Shown: positions 40,703 to 49,650 of the stretch, in pieces
Layout: each line of letters opens with the position of its first letter
How positions within the stretch are numbered: position 1 is the stretch's first letter
Virus record (IMG/VR): IMGVR_UViG_3300024259_002152
Location: 62,001 to 126,000 of that record
DNA length: 64,000 nucleotides
Direction: 5' to 3' (one strand)
The notes under the pieces: model-generated
Told to the model about the DNA's origin: nothing
What the model saw: the letters and a program-made list of their open reading frames with translations, nothing else
The model's database searches: none
Translations under genes and position numbers: made by a program

Positions 40703-41541
40703 GAAATATAGAAAAGGTTAAAAAACAGTTAATCTGTGATTTCGCTCAGAAATATTTTAATAAGGAAGAAATAGATTTAACAGAACAAGAGTTTAAAGTT
40801 ATTTCATTTAATGCGGAATTATGGGCATATGTAAAAAGTGTAGTCCCCGATGGGTTTGGGGATTACACTATTTTTAATTTTAATGGTTGTGCTACAGATA
40901 AAAAAGACAATAGTAAAACTAATATTATTTCTAATAAAGTTGCCTCGATTGCCAGGGATAAAGTATGCGCATATTGCTGGGGCTTAAGATGGGAAGAGAT
41001 ATTGCAGCAAAAAAAGAAAGATGAAAATTCCATCGAATCTTTTTTAAGAGATAGTAATATTATGATGCAGAGGGTAGAGAATGGTAATAATATAGTTATT
41101 CATGGGCTATCAGATCGACCTATCGGGAGAACAATGCTTGCTTCTATCGTAATGAAAGAAGCTATAAGATTAAGGGTTACTCATCATATACGAGGACATA
41201 CTTATGACTGGGTAGATTTTTCCAAGCTATTTCAAGCGATAGAGCAAGACTCAATGGAGTTGGCAGATTACAAGAGTTGTGATTGGTTGGTGGTTGATAA
41301 TATTATAAAAAAATCTCGAAGCGAAAAACAAACTACTTTAATGAGCGATTTGGTTGATCCTTTTTTTCTCGATAGATATTATAATAGACAACCTACAATC
41401 CTAGTGTTTAAATTTGATATAAGAGACAAATTGCTGAATATGGAAAAGGCATTTGGAGTCGGTATCGGTAGAATTATCGATAGTAGAAGAACATTTAAAA
41501 TTGCTTTAAGCGAGAATTTAATTAATAATTATATAGTATGA
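40699..41541 (+). CDS. DnaC/IstB-like helicase loader with degenerate P-loop
   Basis: NIVIHGLSDRPIGRTMLASIV, CDWLVVDNI, RYYNRQPTI; immediately upstream of DnaB. Confidence 0.65.
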   Translation: MRNIEKVKKQLICDFAQKYFNKEEIDLTEQEFKVISFNAELWAYVKSVVPDGFGDYTIFNFNGCATDKKDNSKTNIISNKVASIARDKVCAYCWGLRWEEILQQKKKDENSIESFLRDSNIMMQRVENGNNIVIHGLSDRPIGRTMLASIVMKEAIRLRVTHHIRGHTYDWVDFSKLFQAIEQDSMELADYKSCDWLVVDNIIKKSRSEKQTTLMSDLVDPFFLDRYYNRQPTILVFKFDIRDKLLNMEKAFGVGIGRIIDSRRTFKIALSENLINNYIV

Positions 41542-43145
41542 GTGAATTACTTAATATCCAAGAAGAAAGGGAGTTAATTTATTTATTACTTCATCATAAA
41601 GATGCAATTGATCGTTTTTATGATGCTGGGTTATCTCCTGATCAATTTAGTGAAGAAAATCGTCCGATTCTTCTTTCTATTATCGATTCGTATGATAAAA
41701 ACGGTGTTTTATTAACTCGAAAATCGTTTAAAGAAAAGTTGAAACTTAACACCGTTCCAAAAGAGAGAATATCACAAGAACTAGCTTTTAATTCATGTTA
41801 TGCAGCATCATCAGATATAGAAGATCTGCCCATGCTGATGAATAAAGTTATTGATCGTAATATTGATAATTCTATTACCAGTGTTTTGGAAAAGTTTGTT
41901 AAAAGCAGAAAGAAAGTTGGTAATGTTCCCGCAATTAAAAGTTTAGTAAATGATTGTGATGATATTTTAAGCGGGGCAAAAGTTACGGATGAAAAATCTT
42001 ACTATGAAGATATTCGAGTGTTATCAGAAGTACAGGTTAAATATCTTGAGGATGTTCGTAGTGGCAAGATTAAAGAAGATCCTATTATCCTGAGTGGGAT
42101 AAGGGAAATGGACTATACTATGGTTACAGGATTCGAGAAAGGAACTCTCACATTAATATGCGCTGATGTTGGCGGATTTAAAAGTGCTATGATGCTGAAT
42201 GTGGGTCTAAATGTCTGGAGTCAGGGGTTTGACGTTTTATTTGTTCCTCTTGAGATGCATAGAGATCAGATGTGGCGACGAGCTTGTGCCAGGGAGGCAA
42301 GAATACGATCAGAATTAATTACAAGAAATATTAAAGATCTGACTGATGATCAGATGCAGCAGATTAGAGATATGAATAAAGTATGGAATGATATTCCTGC
42401 TAAATTTTATATGATGCAAGAACCAGGGAATACAACTGTTCTTAAAATACAAAGACAAATAGAAAGAAATATAGAACTTATCAGACCTAAACTTGTAGTA
42501 ATAGATTATGTAGCTAATCTCGAAGCACATAAAAATAGATATGGTAGAAACGATCTTGAAATTGGAGATATGTTAAAAACCATGAGACAGATGGGAAAAG
42601 ATTTAGATTTTGCTGTTTTGTCTGCGGCACAATTGGGTAGAGAAGCATTAAAAAGAGTTAGAAAAGCTAGTGGGGATAGAGATAAAACTTCCATTAATTC
42701 AGAAGATATAAGAGGTTCTCATGAATATGCTGCTGATGCTGATAATATTTTTGCACAATTAAAAAATGTTTCACAGCCATCTTCGTTGTTAGATATTTTT
42801 TGTGTGAAATCAAGAAATGGTCCAACAGTTTTTGAGAATGGAAAAGTGAGAGCGACACTTGATATACATCCAGAATATGGTTTGATTTGTAGTTCTCCTT
42901 ATAATAAAACCTCTGATGATCCAGGGGAGAATGATGAGAATGAAAAAATTACTGCTGACACAAATGCTCTTATGGATCAGATAGAGAAGGATGGAGTAGT
43001 TATGAATAAAGCATTTGAAGAACCTGATAATTTATATGAGCCTAATTATGATGATTATAATTGTGAGGATAGCTCTGATGATAATACAGATATAGAAAAA
43101 TCTATTAATGATGGAGAATCAGGAGATGATTTTGAGTTTGATTAA
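41538..43145 (+). CDS. dnaB: Replicative DNA helicase (DnaB-like)
   Basis: LICADVGGFKS, FVPLEM, LVVIDYV, LSAAQLGR, IRGSHEYAADAD, KSRNGP. Confidence 0.88.
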   Translation: MSELLNIQEERELIYLLLHHKDAIDRFYDAGLSPDQFSEENRPILLSIIDSYDKNGVLLTRKSFKEKLKLNTVPKERISQELAFNSCYAASSDIEDLPMLMNKVIDRNIDNSITSVLEKFVKSRKKVGNVPAIKSLVNDCDDILSGAKVTDEKSYYEDIRVLSEVQVKYLEDVRSGKIKEDPIILSGIREMDYTMVTGFEKGTLTLICADVGGFKSAMMLNVGLNVWSQGFDVLFVPLEMHRDQMWRRACAREARIRSELITRNIKDLTDDQMQQIRDMNKVWNDIPAKFYMMQEPGNTTVLKIQRQIERNIELIRPKLVVIDYVANLEAHKNRYGRNDLEIGDMLKTMRQMGKDLDFAVLSAAQLGREALKRVRKASGDRDKTSINSEDIRGSHEYAADADNIFAQLKNVSQPSSLLDIFCVKSRNGPTVFENGKVRATLDIHPEYGLICSSPYNKTSDDPGENDENEKITADTNALMDQIEKDGVVMNKAFEEPDNLYEPNYDDYNCEDSSDDNTDIEKSINDGESGDDFEFD

Positions 43146-43147
43146 TA

Positions 43148-43771
43148 ATGAATTTTCATATCAATAAAATATTAGAAGAAAAGACTATTACTTCTTACCT
43201 CGAAGAGAAGGGAGTGCTTCCTCAGAAAAAAACAGGAGATAAATATGTTTATCGTTGTCCTGTTCATCAGGGGGATAATGATCCATCTTTTATTGTTTAT
43301 CCTGTTGGGACAAAAAGTAGAAATTATCAGACATATTACTGCTTTGGCTGTCATTCAGGGATTACTTTAATTAATTTAAAAAGTGATCTCGAGGGAATAA
43401 GCACGAAAGAATCTGTTCGGCATTTTCTTAAAGATGTAAAAATAGATAGTCAAGATGTGATGCAGTCTATTATAGATGATCTTAAAAAGAATGAATCAGG
43501 TATTGAGGACAATAAGAGTGTTGAATTTTTATTGTTATTGATTAATACTACGTGTCGGAGACATATCGTAGAGCAATGTCAGAAGGATGAAGAGGAAATA
43601 ACTTTTTTTGAGAAGTTTTTTCAGAGGGTTAATGATATAGCTAGAGCTAGAGATGTGGATCTATTGGAAAAGGTGGTTGATCTTTTACCTAGGGGAAATG
43701 AAAAAAGGACACAGAGTTATAATAAGAGAAACGAAATGCAGGAAGTATCTTCTTTAACTTGGAAAATATAG
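43148..43771 (+). CDS. Stand-alone primase zinc-binding domain (CHC2)
   Basis: CPVHQGDNDPSF...YYCFGCHSG; no Toprim domain in this ORF. Confidence 0.85.
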   Translation: MNFHINKILEEKTITSYLEEKGVLPQKKTGDKYVYRCPVHQGDNDPSFIVYPVGTKSRNYQTYYCFGCHSGITLINLKSDLEGISTKESVRHFLKDVKIDSQDVMQSIIDDLKKNESGIEDNKSVEFLLLLINTTCRRHIVEQCQKDEEEITFFEKFFQRVNDIARARDVDLLEKVVDLLPRGNEKRTQSYNKRNEMQEVSSLTWKI

Positions 43772-43772
43772 T

Positions 43773-44195
43773 ATGGATAATGAGTTTATAATTAATTTTA
43801 CAGATATAACTCTTAATGAAACTGATGGAATTTTTGAAGATACAAAGAAGATAATGCTAAATGAAACTCCCCGTAGTGATAAGTGGGTATTGAGAAGTTT
43901 TATTACTATTGTTAGCAATAGTGGTGAAGGGTCAATGGAAATTCAATGTCATGGAGATAAGAATATATATATACTAGATTATGAGCCATCGATAGGAGAT
44001 TTATATTATAATCCTGATATACAGGCGATATCTATGTGGGCTCAAGAAAATGGATGGAATATTCCTCAACCTCATCCTGATTTAATTAAATCAAATAAAG
44101 AATTTTGGAAGTATTTTTACGATACGCTTGTGATAGATTCGGATTATCTCGATAAATTATATGGAGGTAGGCCTCAAATAGATGGGAGCAAATAA
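43773..44195 (+). CDS. Hypothetical protein
   Basis: 140 aa ORF, coupled to neighbours. Confidence 0.6.
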   Translation: MDNEFIINFTDITLNETDGIFEDTKKIMLNETPRSDKWVLRSFITIVSNSGEGSMEIQCHGDKNIYILDYEPSIGDLYYNPDIQAISMWAQENGWNIPQPHPDLIKSNKEFWKYFYDTLVIDSDYLDKLYGGRPQIDGSK

Positions 44196-44422
44196 TGAAT
44201 GCAGAAATAGCAATAGAAAAAGGGTATAAATATTTTTGCTTAAATTGTAATAGACCTTATAAAGAAATTCCTACTCAATGGGAAGAAAAGAATAATTGTT
44301 TAGGCGCAGAGATAGATATGTGTAGTTGTGGTTGTGATTTATTTATGTCTTTTGAAGAGTATTTAAAAAAGCAACAAGACGAAGGTCCAATAGAAAGCAG
44401 AATGGATATTTTGGATTTATAA
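44195..44422 (+). CDS. Small zinc-ribbon protein with C-terminal tag (IESRMDILDL)
   Basis: CLNC...CSCGC; tag at 44399-44422. Confidence 0.7.
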   Translation: MNAEIAIEKGYKYFCLNCNRPYKEIPTQWEEKNNCLGAEIDMCSCGCDLFMSFEEYLKKQQDEGPIESRMDILDL

Positions 44423-44424
44423 TT

Positions 44425-45381
44425 ATGAGTGAATTAGCAATTTTTTCAGGAAGATCGAATCCCAAACTAACACAAAATATTTGTGATTATGTTGGTGTAG
44501 ATATGGGGAAGGCGACTATCTCTAATTTTCCAGATGGGGAAACGATGGTAAAAATAGAGGAGAATGTGAGGGGAAAAGATTGTTTTGTTGTTCAATCTAC
44601 TAATGACCCAGTTAATCAAAACATCATGGAACTTTTGATTTTTATTGATTGTTTAAAGAGAGCGTCGGCAAATAGTATTAATGTTGTTATCCCTTATTAT
44701 GGCTATGCTAGACAAGATAGGAAAACTGAAGGCAGAACTCCTATTACTGCTAAAATGGTAGCAGATTTAATTACTACTCTTGGCGCTAAAAGGATTTTGA
44801 CTATAGATATTCATGCAAGGCAGATTGAAGGATTTTTTAATATACCTGTAGATCATCTTCAAGCTTTTCCCGTATTTGTAGATTATTTTAAGAATAGGGA
44901 TTTAGATAATTATGTTGTTTTATCTCCCGATGTTGGGAATATGAAAACTGCTGATTTGTATGCACAAGAATTAAATCTCGAATTAACAGTTATAGATAAA
45001 AAAAGAATAAATGGGGAAAAAACAGTTGCTCGTAAATTAATGGGAGATGTAAAAGATAAGCATGTATTAATGTTTGATGATATGATTTCTACAGCAGGAA
45101 CTATATGCGAGGCGGCCAAAAAAGCTAAGAAAGAGGGAGCAAAAAGTATAGCAGTCACAGCAACTCATGGATTGTTTTCGGGAGTGGCTTATCAAAGGAT
45201 GCCTGAAAGCGAGATCGATGAGGTAATAGTCTCCGATACTGTTGCTCGTACAAAAAGTATATATTATCCTGAAATTAAAGTAATCTCTATTGCTAAATTA
45301 TTAGGAGAGGCAATTATAAGGATTCACGACAATAGATCTGTGAGTGTTTTATTGGAGAGTAATTATGAAAATTGTATGTGA
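44425..45381 (+). CDS. prs: Ribose-phosphate pyrophosphokinase (PRPP synthetase)
   Basis: FPDGE, ELLIFID, IPYYGYARQDRK, DIHARQIEGFF, VLSPDVG, FDDMISTAGT, ATHGLFS. Confidence 0.95.
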   Translation: MSELAIFSGRSNPKLTQNICDYVGVDMGKATISNFPDGETMVKIEENVRGKDCFVVQSTNDPVNQNIMELLIFIDCLKRASANSINVVIPYYGYARQDRKTEGRTPITAKMVADLITTLGAKRILTIDIHARQIEGFFNIPVDHLQAFPVFVDYFKNRDLDNYVVLSPDVGNMKTADLYAQELNLELTVIDKKRINGEKTVARKLMGDVKDKHVLMFDDMISTAGTICEAAKKAKKEGAKSIAVTATHGLFSGVAYQRMPESEIDEVIVSDTVARTKSIYYPEIKVISIAKLLGEAIIRIHDNRSVSVLLESNYENCM

Positions 45382-45598
45382 CAAATGTGAGTATATTATT
45401 GATAAAGATATACATGATATAGATGGAAATTTAATAGAAGAGTATAAGAATGTATTTGGGACTATTTGTCCTAACTGTAAGATAAAAATAGAACCTTTTC
45501 AGAAATCTTCTTTTGAAGAACAGAGAGAAATTAAAATGGAGAGATTAAGAGAACAGATGAGAGATAAGCTTAGAAAGAATATAAAAGGAGAAAACTAA
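45365..45598 (+). CDS. Small zinc-ribbon protein (track start 45344; ATG 45365 more likely)
   Basis: CDKC...CPNC. Confidence 0.6.
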   Translation: MKIVCDKCEYIIDKDIHDIDGNLIEEYKNVFGTICPNCKIKIEPFQKSSFEEQREIKMERLREQMRDKLRKNIKGEN

Positions 45599-46197
45599 TG
45601 CCTATAGAAGAAAAAGCTCAATTATTAGAATTTAATTGCACTCTGGAGGGAATGCCAGATATTGTATGGAATATAAAATATGATCCAAATAGTAAGATTG
45701 GCCTTCAGGTTTCAGGTAATGGGCAGGAATTTCATTGTCCTGTAGAATTGTTTGGAGATGTGGCAGATTTTCTTCAAAATAAACAAATTTTAAAACCTAA
45801 TAATGTGCTTACCCGTTCTGCTACTGTGCCAACTCGTATTCCAGGAATTCGTGAAGGTAGTTTTGCTGCTGGTTTGTTGCCTCCTCAAATAGATGGGCAA
45901 GTTGATACTGCTGCTCCAATAAATGCTGCTCCAATGGACGCATTATCATCCTTCGATATAACCGAAGGGCAGGAGGTAGATGCTCCCACAGAGAGAGCAA
46001 ATGAAAATGTTGGTGTAGAAGTTGGTAATAAGGTGATAACGTCTGACACTAAGACAAACATTATAGATAGACCTGTTATTCGAACAAGGGTTACTCAGGC
46101 TGACCCCACTAGTGCCGAACGAGATGCTGCAGCAATAAGAGGTTCGGATACGGCTGGGGGAAAAAAGATAATTAAGAAAAGGCATGAATCAGAATAA
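45598..46197 (+). CDS. Hypothetical protein
   Basis: 199 aa, TAATG coupling at both ends. Confidence 0.6.
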   Translation: MPIEEKAQLLEFNCTLEGMPDIVWNIKYDPNSKIGLQVSGNGQEFHCPVELFGDVADFLQNKQILKPNNVLTRSATVPTRIPGIREGSFAAGLLPPQIDGQVDTAAPINAAPMDALSSFDITEGQEVDAPTERANENVGVEVGNKVITSDTKTNIIDRPVIRTRVTQADPTSAERDAAAIRGSDTAGGKKIIKKRHESE

Positions 46198-46412
46198 TGG
46201 AATATAAATGTCAAACAGTTGATATGTCTCGTATGATCGTGGGTTCAATGGGCTTTTTTAGTCCTATTTGTGAAAGTTGTTCTACTCAAGATTGTAGCAA
46301 TCCTATCGAAAAAACAAAAGTTAGTATTATGGGGGTTGTAAAAGAAGTAAAGGTCTATAGTAGAGGTAGTCAATCTAGATTTGTTGTTCAATGTGAAGGA
46401 TATATGCCATAA
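46197..46412 (+). CDS. Small Cys-containing hypothetical protein
   Basis: CESC..DC motif; TAATG coupling. Confidence 0.6.
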   Translation: MEYKCQTVDMSRMIVGSMGFFSPICESCSTQDCSNPIEKTKVSIMGVVKEVKVYSRGSQSRFVVQCEGYMP

Positions 46413-47203
46413 TGTTTAAATCGATTTGTTTGTCAGAAGCTTATTTAAAAGATCATAGACTTCGTAAAGACGCTCAAAAGCAATATGAATTAACTCAGAA
46501 AAATATTCATAAAATCAAGCAAATTGCTCTTAAGATGATATCTTATCCTGAGTACCAATTGGCTTATGATTATGTTGATAATTTATTTCCCAGAGTTAAA
46601 GTAAAAGAAATTTCTATTTATAAGGTTGCAGCAAAAGATTTGGCAAAGATGGGATATTCTGGAGCAGAGGGATTTTATGATCCTGTGTCTAAGATAATTG
46701 TAGCTTGCGGTGCTCGCAAATTATCTCAACCTGTTAATAAGAAATATTATATAACAGCCAAGATAGAGAGAGATGAAGTTATTGTTCATGAATTATGTCA
46801 TTACTGTTATGTCTTTGAGGGGAAAAGATCTCTTAGTAGTGAAATCAGAGAAGAATTTGCTTATGGTTGGTCAGTTGGGTATCTCAGACAAAAAGGTTAT
46901 AGTGATGAGCAAATTGTTAGATATAATTTCTTACCGTATTTGGTGGGGTTGTCGTATGACGAGGCTATAAAAAATATATTAGTGAGAAATAATATAAGCA
47001 CTTATGCATATAATAATCATTCTCGATATCAAAGAAAAGAATTTGAGAGAACATATTTTGGTAGAATTTTTGATAGAGCTAAAGAAATAGCTATGGAGAG
47101 AGGATTGAAGTTGATTGATATTTATTCCAAAAAAATAGAAGAAGGGACAGGGTTAATAGACGAAGAAGTCGATTGTGATCGATTTGATATTTTAGATTTA
47201 TGA
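46412..47203 (+). CDS. HExxH (zincin-like) metallopeptidase with C-terminal tag (DRFDILDL)
   Basis: GAEGFYDP...VIVHELCHY...EEFAY. Confidence 0.7.
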   Translation: MFKSICLSEAYLKDHRLRKDAQKQYELTQKNIHKIKQIALKMISYPEYQLAYDYVDNLFPRVKVKEISIYKVAAKDLAKMGYSGAEGFYDPVSKIIVACGARKLSQPVNKKYYITAKIERDEVIVHELCHYCYVFEGKRSLSSEIREEFAYGWSVGYLRQKGYSDEQIVRYNFLPYLVGLSYDEAIKNILVRNNISTYAYNNHSRYQRKEFERTYFGRIFDRAKEIAMERGLKLIDIYSKKIEEGTGLIDEEVDCDRFDILDL

Positions 47204-47445
47204 AGAAACAAGTTATTGATAAAGATGATAGGATGTGGATAGGACTAGGTTTTAAGTCCTTTGCCCGATTTTTTGGTTTAAGTATCGAAGAAGCTTATAA
47301 AATCATTTCTAATCCTAATGAGGTTTTTGAAGAAATGATAGAAGAAATGGATTCTTCATTAAATGAATATGAAAATTTCATGGTTAAGACAATGAGAATG
47401 GATGAGAAAGAAGAACTGACTCGGCTTGATATTTTAGATTTATAG
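47200..47445 (+). CDS. Hypothetical protein with C-terminal tag (TRLDILDL)
   Basis: 81 aa; ATGA overlap with the upstream tag. Confidence 0.7.
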   Translation: MKKQVIDKDDRMWIGLGFKSFARFFGLSIEEAYKIISNPNEVFEEMIEEMDSSLNEYENFMVKTMRMDEKEELTRLDILDL

Positions 47446-47456
47446 GGGAAAACAAT

Positions 47457-47717
47457 ATGCCAATTTATGAGTACGAACACCCTGAGACAGGGGAGATATT
47501 TAGAGAAATAAGAAAAGTGAAAGAGAGAGATAATCCTTTTATATCTAAAGATGGAAAGATATGTAAAAGGATAACATTTCCTGGGGGAATAAAAGGTTGG
47601 AAGAAGAATAGGGAAGTTTTCGAAGCTGATCCTGCGTATGTTAAGCAGTCCAACCCCAAGTTCGTTCAATTCCAAGACGGTCATAAAGAGAGATATGACT
47701 CTACAAAACACTGTTGA
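47457..47717 (+). CDS. FmdB-family zinc-ribbon-like protein lacking most of the Cys ligands
   Basis: MPIYEYEHPETGEIF resembles MPIYEYxCxxCG of FmdB proteins. Confidence 0.65.
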   Translation: MPIYEYEHPETGEIFREIRKVKERDNPFISKDGKICKRITFPGGIKGWKKNREVFEADPAYVKQSNPKFVQFQDGHKERYDSTKHC

Positions 47718-47748
47718 AAAGTGAAAGATAAAAAGACATAATAGATGG
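47714..47748 (+). promoter_or_regulatory. Putative promoter (copy 5), ATG at predicted +1
   Basis: TTGAAAAGTGAAA at 47714, 17-nt spacer, CATAAT at 47737-42, ATG at 47749. Confidence 0.7.
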
Positions 47749-48108
47749 ATGAGATTTATACGTAAAGAGTTTATAGTTACTACTATATTTAATAAAGAAT
47801 TAACAGAGAGGGACGAAGTCCTAATCGTTTTTAACAATTTATTAAATGAGAGGATAGAGTTCGCTATGACTATGAAGAAGTATATGCCTATGCAACAAGA
47901 CTATTTCAATATGAGTTTTGAAAAAGTTAGGGTGAAGAGAATCAACGATGATGATACTGTTGATTTGTTAGCTTTCAAGAGTGGGGTTAAAACTAACATA
48001 AAGGGGGTTCCTTTTGATCATATCATAGAAGTAAATGCGACTACTAAAAAACATAAAATTTTAGATATTGACTCCGATTTAAATCGTTTTGATATATTAG
48101 ACTTGTAA
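47749..48108 (+). CDS. Hypothetical protein with C-terminal tag (NRFDILDL)
   Basis: 119 aa. Confidence 0.7.
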   Translation: MRFIRKEFIVTTIFNKELTERDEVLIVFNNLLNERIEFAMTMKKYMPMQQDYFNMSFEKVRVKRINDDDTVDLLAFKSGVKTNIKGVPFDHIIEVNATTKKHKILDIDSDLNRFDILDL

Positions 48109-48815
48109 TGACAGAAGAAGTAAAAAAAGAAGTAAAAGAATTAATAGATCAATATAAATTAGATTGTTCTATTGAAGAGTTTAAAAACAAAGCAAATTGG
48201 GAAAAAATTTCTCATTATGACTTCCTTTCAGAAGATTTTATTAGAGAATTTCAAGATGAAGTACATTGGGAATATCTTTGTTTTTATCAACTATTGCCAG
48301 AAGACTTTATTAGAGAATTTAAAGACGAGGTACATTGGGATAATGTTTTTATATGTCAAAAAATATCAGAGAATTTTATTAGAGAATTTAAGGATAAAGC
48401 AAGTTGGAGAGAAATTTCTTATTATCAAGAATTATCAGAGAATTTTATTAGAGAATTTAAAGATGAAGTAAATTGGAACAATATTTGTCAGAAACAAAAG
48501 TTATCAGAGAATTTTATTAGAGAATTTCAGGATAGGGTAAATTGGCATTGGACTCCCTTTTATCAAACCTTATCAGAAGATTTTATTAGAGAGTTTCAAG
48601 ATAAAGTAGATTGGGTGGCTGTATCTTTTTGTCAAGTATTATCAGAAGATTTTATCAGGGATTTTAGAGACAAGATTTCTTTAGGGTATTTATCGAGTAA
48701 TCAAAAAATAAATGTCTCAGAAGAATTTCGAAAAGGAATAAAAAATGGAAAAATATTACCTCCTCCAATAAAACCATTTTCTTTTGGTAATAGAGTAGAA
48801 ATGTTGGACTTATAA
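48108..48815 (+). CDS. 23-aa tryptophan-repeat protein (7 repeats) with C-terminal tag (NRVEMLDL)
   Basis: W-x6-Q-x-LSE[D/N]FIREF-x-D-x-V-x repeated; tag at 48792-48815. Confidence 0.85.
   Translation: MTEEVKKEVKELIDQYKLDCSIEEFKNKANWEKISHYDFLSEDFIREFQDEVHWEYLCFYQLLPEDFIREFKDEVHWDNVFICQKISENFIREFKDKASWREISYYQELSENFIREFKDEVNWNNICQKQKLSENFIREFQDRVNWHWTPFYQTLSEDFIREFQDKVDWVAVSFCQVLSEDFIRDFRDKISLGYLSSNQKINVSEEFRKGIKNGKILPPPIKPFSFGNRVEMLDL
48198..48680 (+). repeat. Seven imperfect 69-bp tandem repeats (core TCAGA[A/G][G/A]ATTTTATTAGAGAATTT)
   Basis: Visible in DNA and in protein; first Trp codon at 48198. Confidence 0.85.
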
Positions 48816-49162
48816 TGTATAGAGTTGTAGTATTAAAAGAGAAAGATAATAGTTGTTCAGGTTGTTTTGGAAAATCACTTGGATTCTGCTCGAGTTATCA
48901 GTGCCTTACAGGAAATACCTCTTCTGATAGGTCCACTACTGCTTGTATTAATAAAAACAAAGATATTAATAGATATGTCCAGGGTTTTTTGAGATCAAAA
49001 GCACAAGTCCTAAATGACTATAATAGCACAGAAGAAGTTATTAATTCGTTCATAAGATATCTAGAAAATATTGGTAGTACAGATGATGATGCTATTATTG
49101 TAGAAGAAAAGGAAGAAAAAGAAGAAATTATTGAAGACAGATTCGAAATGTTGGATTTGTAA
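48815..49162 (+). CDS. Cys-cluster hypothetical protein with C-terminal tag (IEDRFEMLDL)
   Basis: CSGC...C...C...C; 115 aa. Confidence 0.7.
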   Translation: MYRVVVLKEKDNSCSGCFGKSLGFCSSYQCLTGNTSSDRSTTACINKNKDINRYVQGFLRSKAQVLNDYNSTEEVINSFIRYLENIGSTDDDAIIVEEKEEKEEIIEDRFEMLDL

Positions 49163-49650
49163 TGACAGAAAAAGTAAAAAAAGAAGTAGAAGAAATAATA
49201 AAAGAATATAAATCACAAGTTTCTGTTAGTTATATTCGGGCATTTGAAGATCAGAAATTTGAAAGTCAGGCATTTTGGCAGTCTATTTCTCAATTCCAAA
49301 TTTTATCAGAAGATTTTATTAGAGAATTTCAAGATAAAGTATGGTGGTATGCTATTTCTTGGCATCAAAAATTATTAGAAGATTTTATTAGGGAATTTAA
49401 AGATGAAATAAATTGGTATCAAATTTTTTTACATCAAAAATTATCAGAAGGTTTTATTAGGGAGATTACTGAGAACTTGAAAGACGACAAGAAGTTTTAT
49501 TATGAAGAAAATTTAAGATGTTTACTTAGAAACAAAAATATACCAAATCAAATAAGAAAAGAGATAAATAATTATGGAAAAATATTACCTCCTCGTGGTC
49601 CAATAAAATTATTTTCTTTTAGTGATAGAGCAGAAATGTTGGACTTATGA
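49162..49650 (+). CDS. Tryptophan-repeat protein paralog (3 repeats) with tag (DRAEMLDL)
   Basis: Shares N-terminus MTExVKKEV and C-terminal GKILPP...FSF with 48108. Confidence 0.8.
   Translation: MTEKVKKEVEEIIKEYKSQVSVSYIRAFEDQKFESQAFWQSISQFQILSEDFIREFQDKVWWYAISWHQKLLEDFIREFKDEINWYQIFLHQKLSEGFIREITENLKDDKKFYYEENLRCLLRNKNIPNQIRKEINNYGKILPPRGPIKLFSFSDRAEMLDL

Noticed and set aside
38472-45381. Bacterial chromosome origin suggested by infC, prs, dnaB, dnaE, recA
   Set aside because: These genes lack their normal bacterial operon neighbours and are interleaved with phage-type genes (gp32-like SSB, UvsW-like helicase, split primase) on one strand. No capsid or terminase gene is in the window, so the phage call remains an inference.
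48198-48680. Diversity-generating retroelement VR/TR pair
   Set aside because: Variation is not restricted to adenines, the repeats are tandem coding units, and no reverse transcriptase is present in the window.
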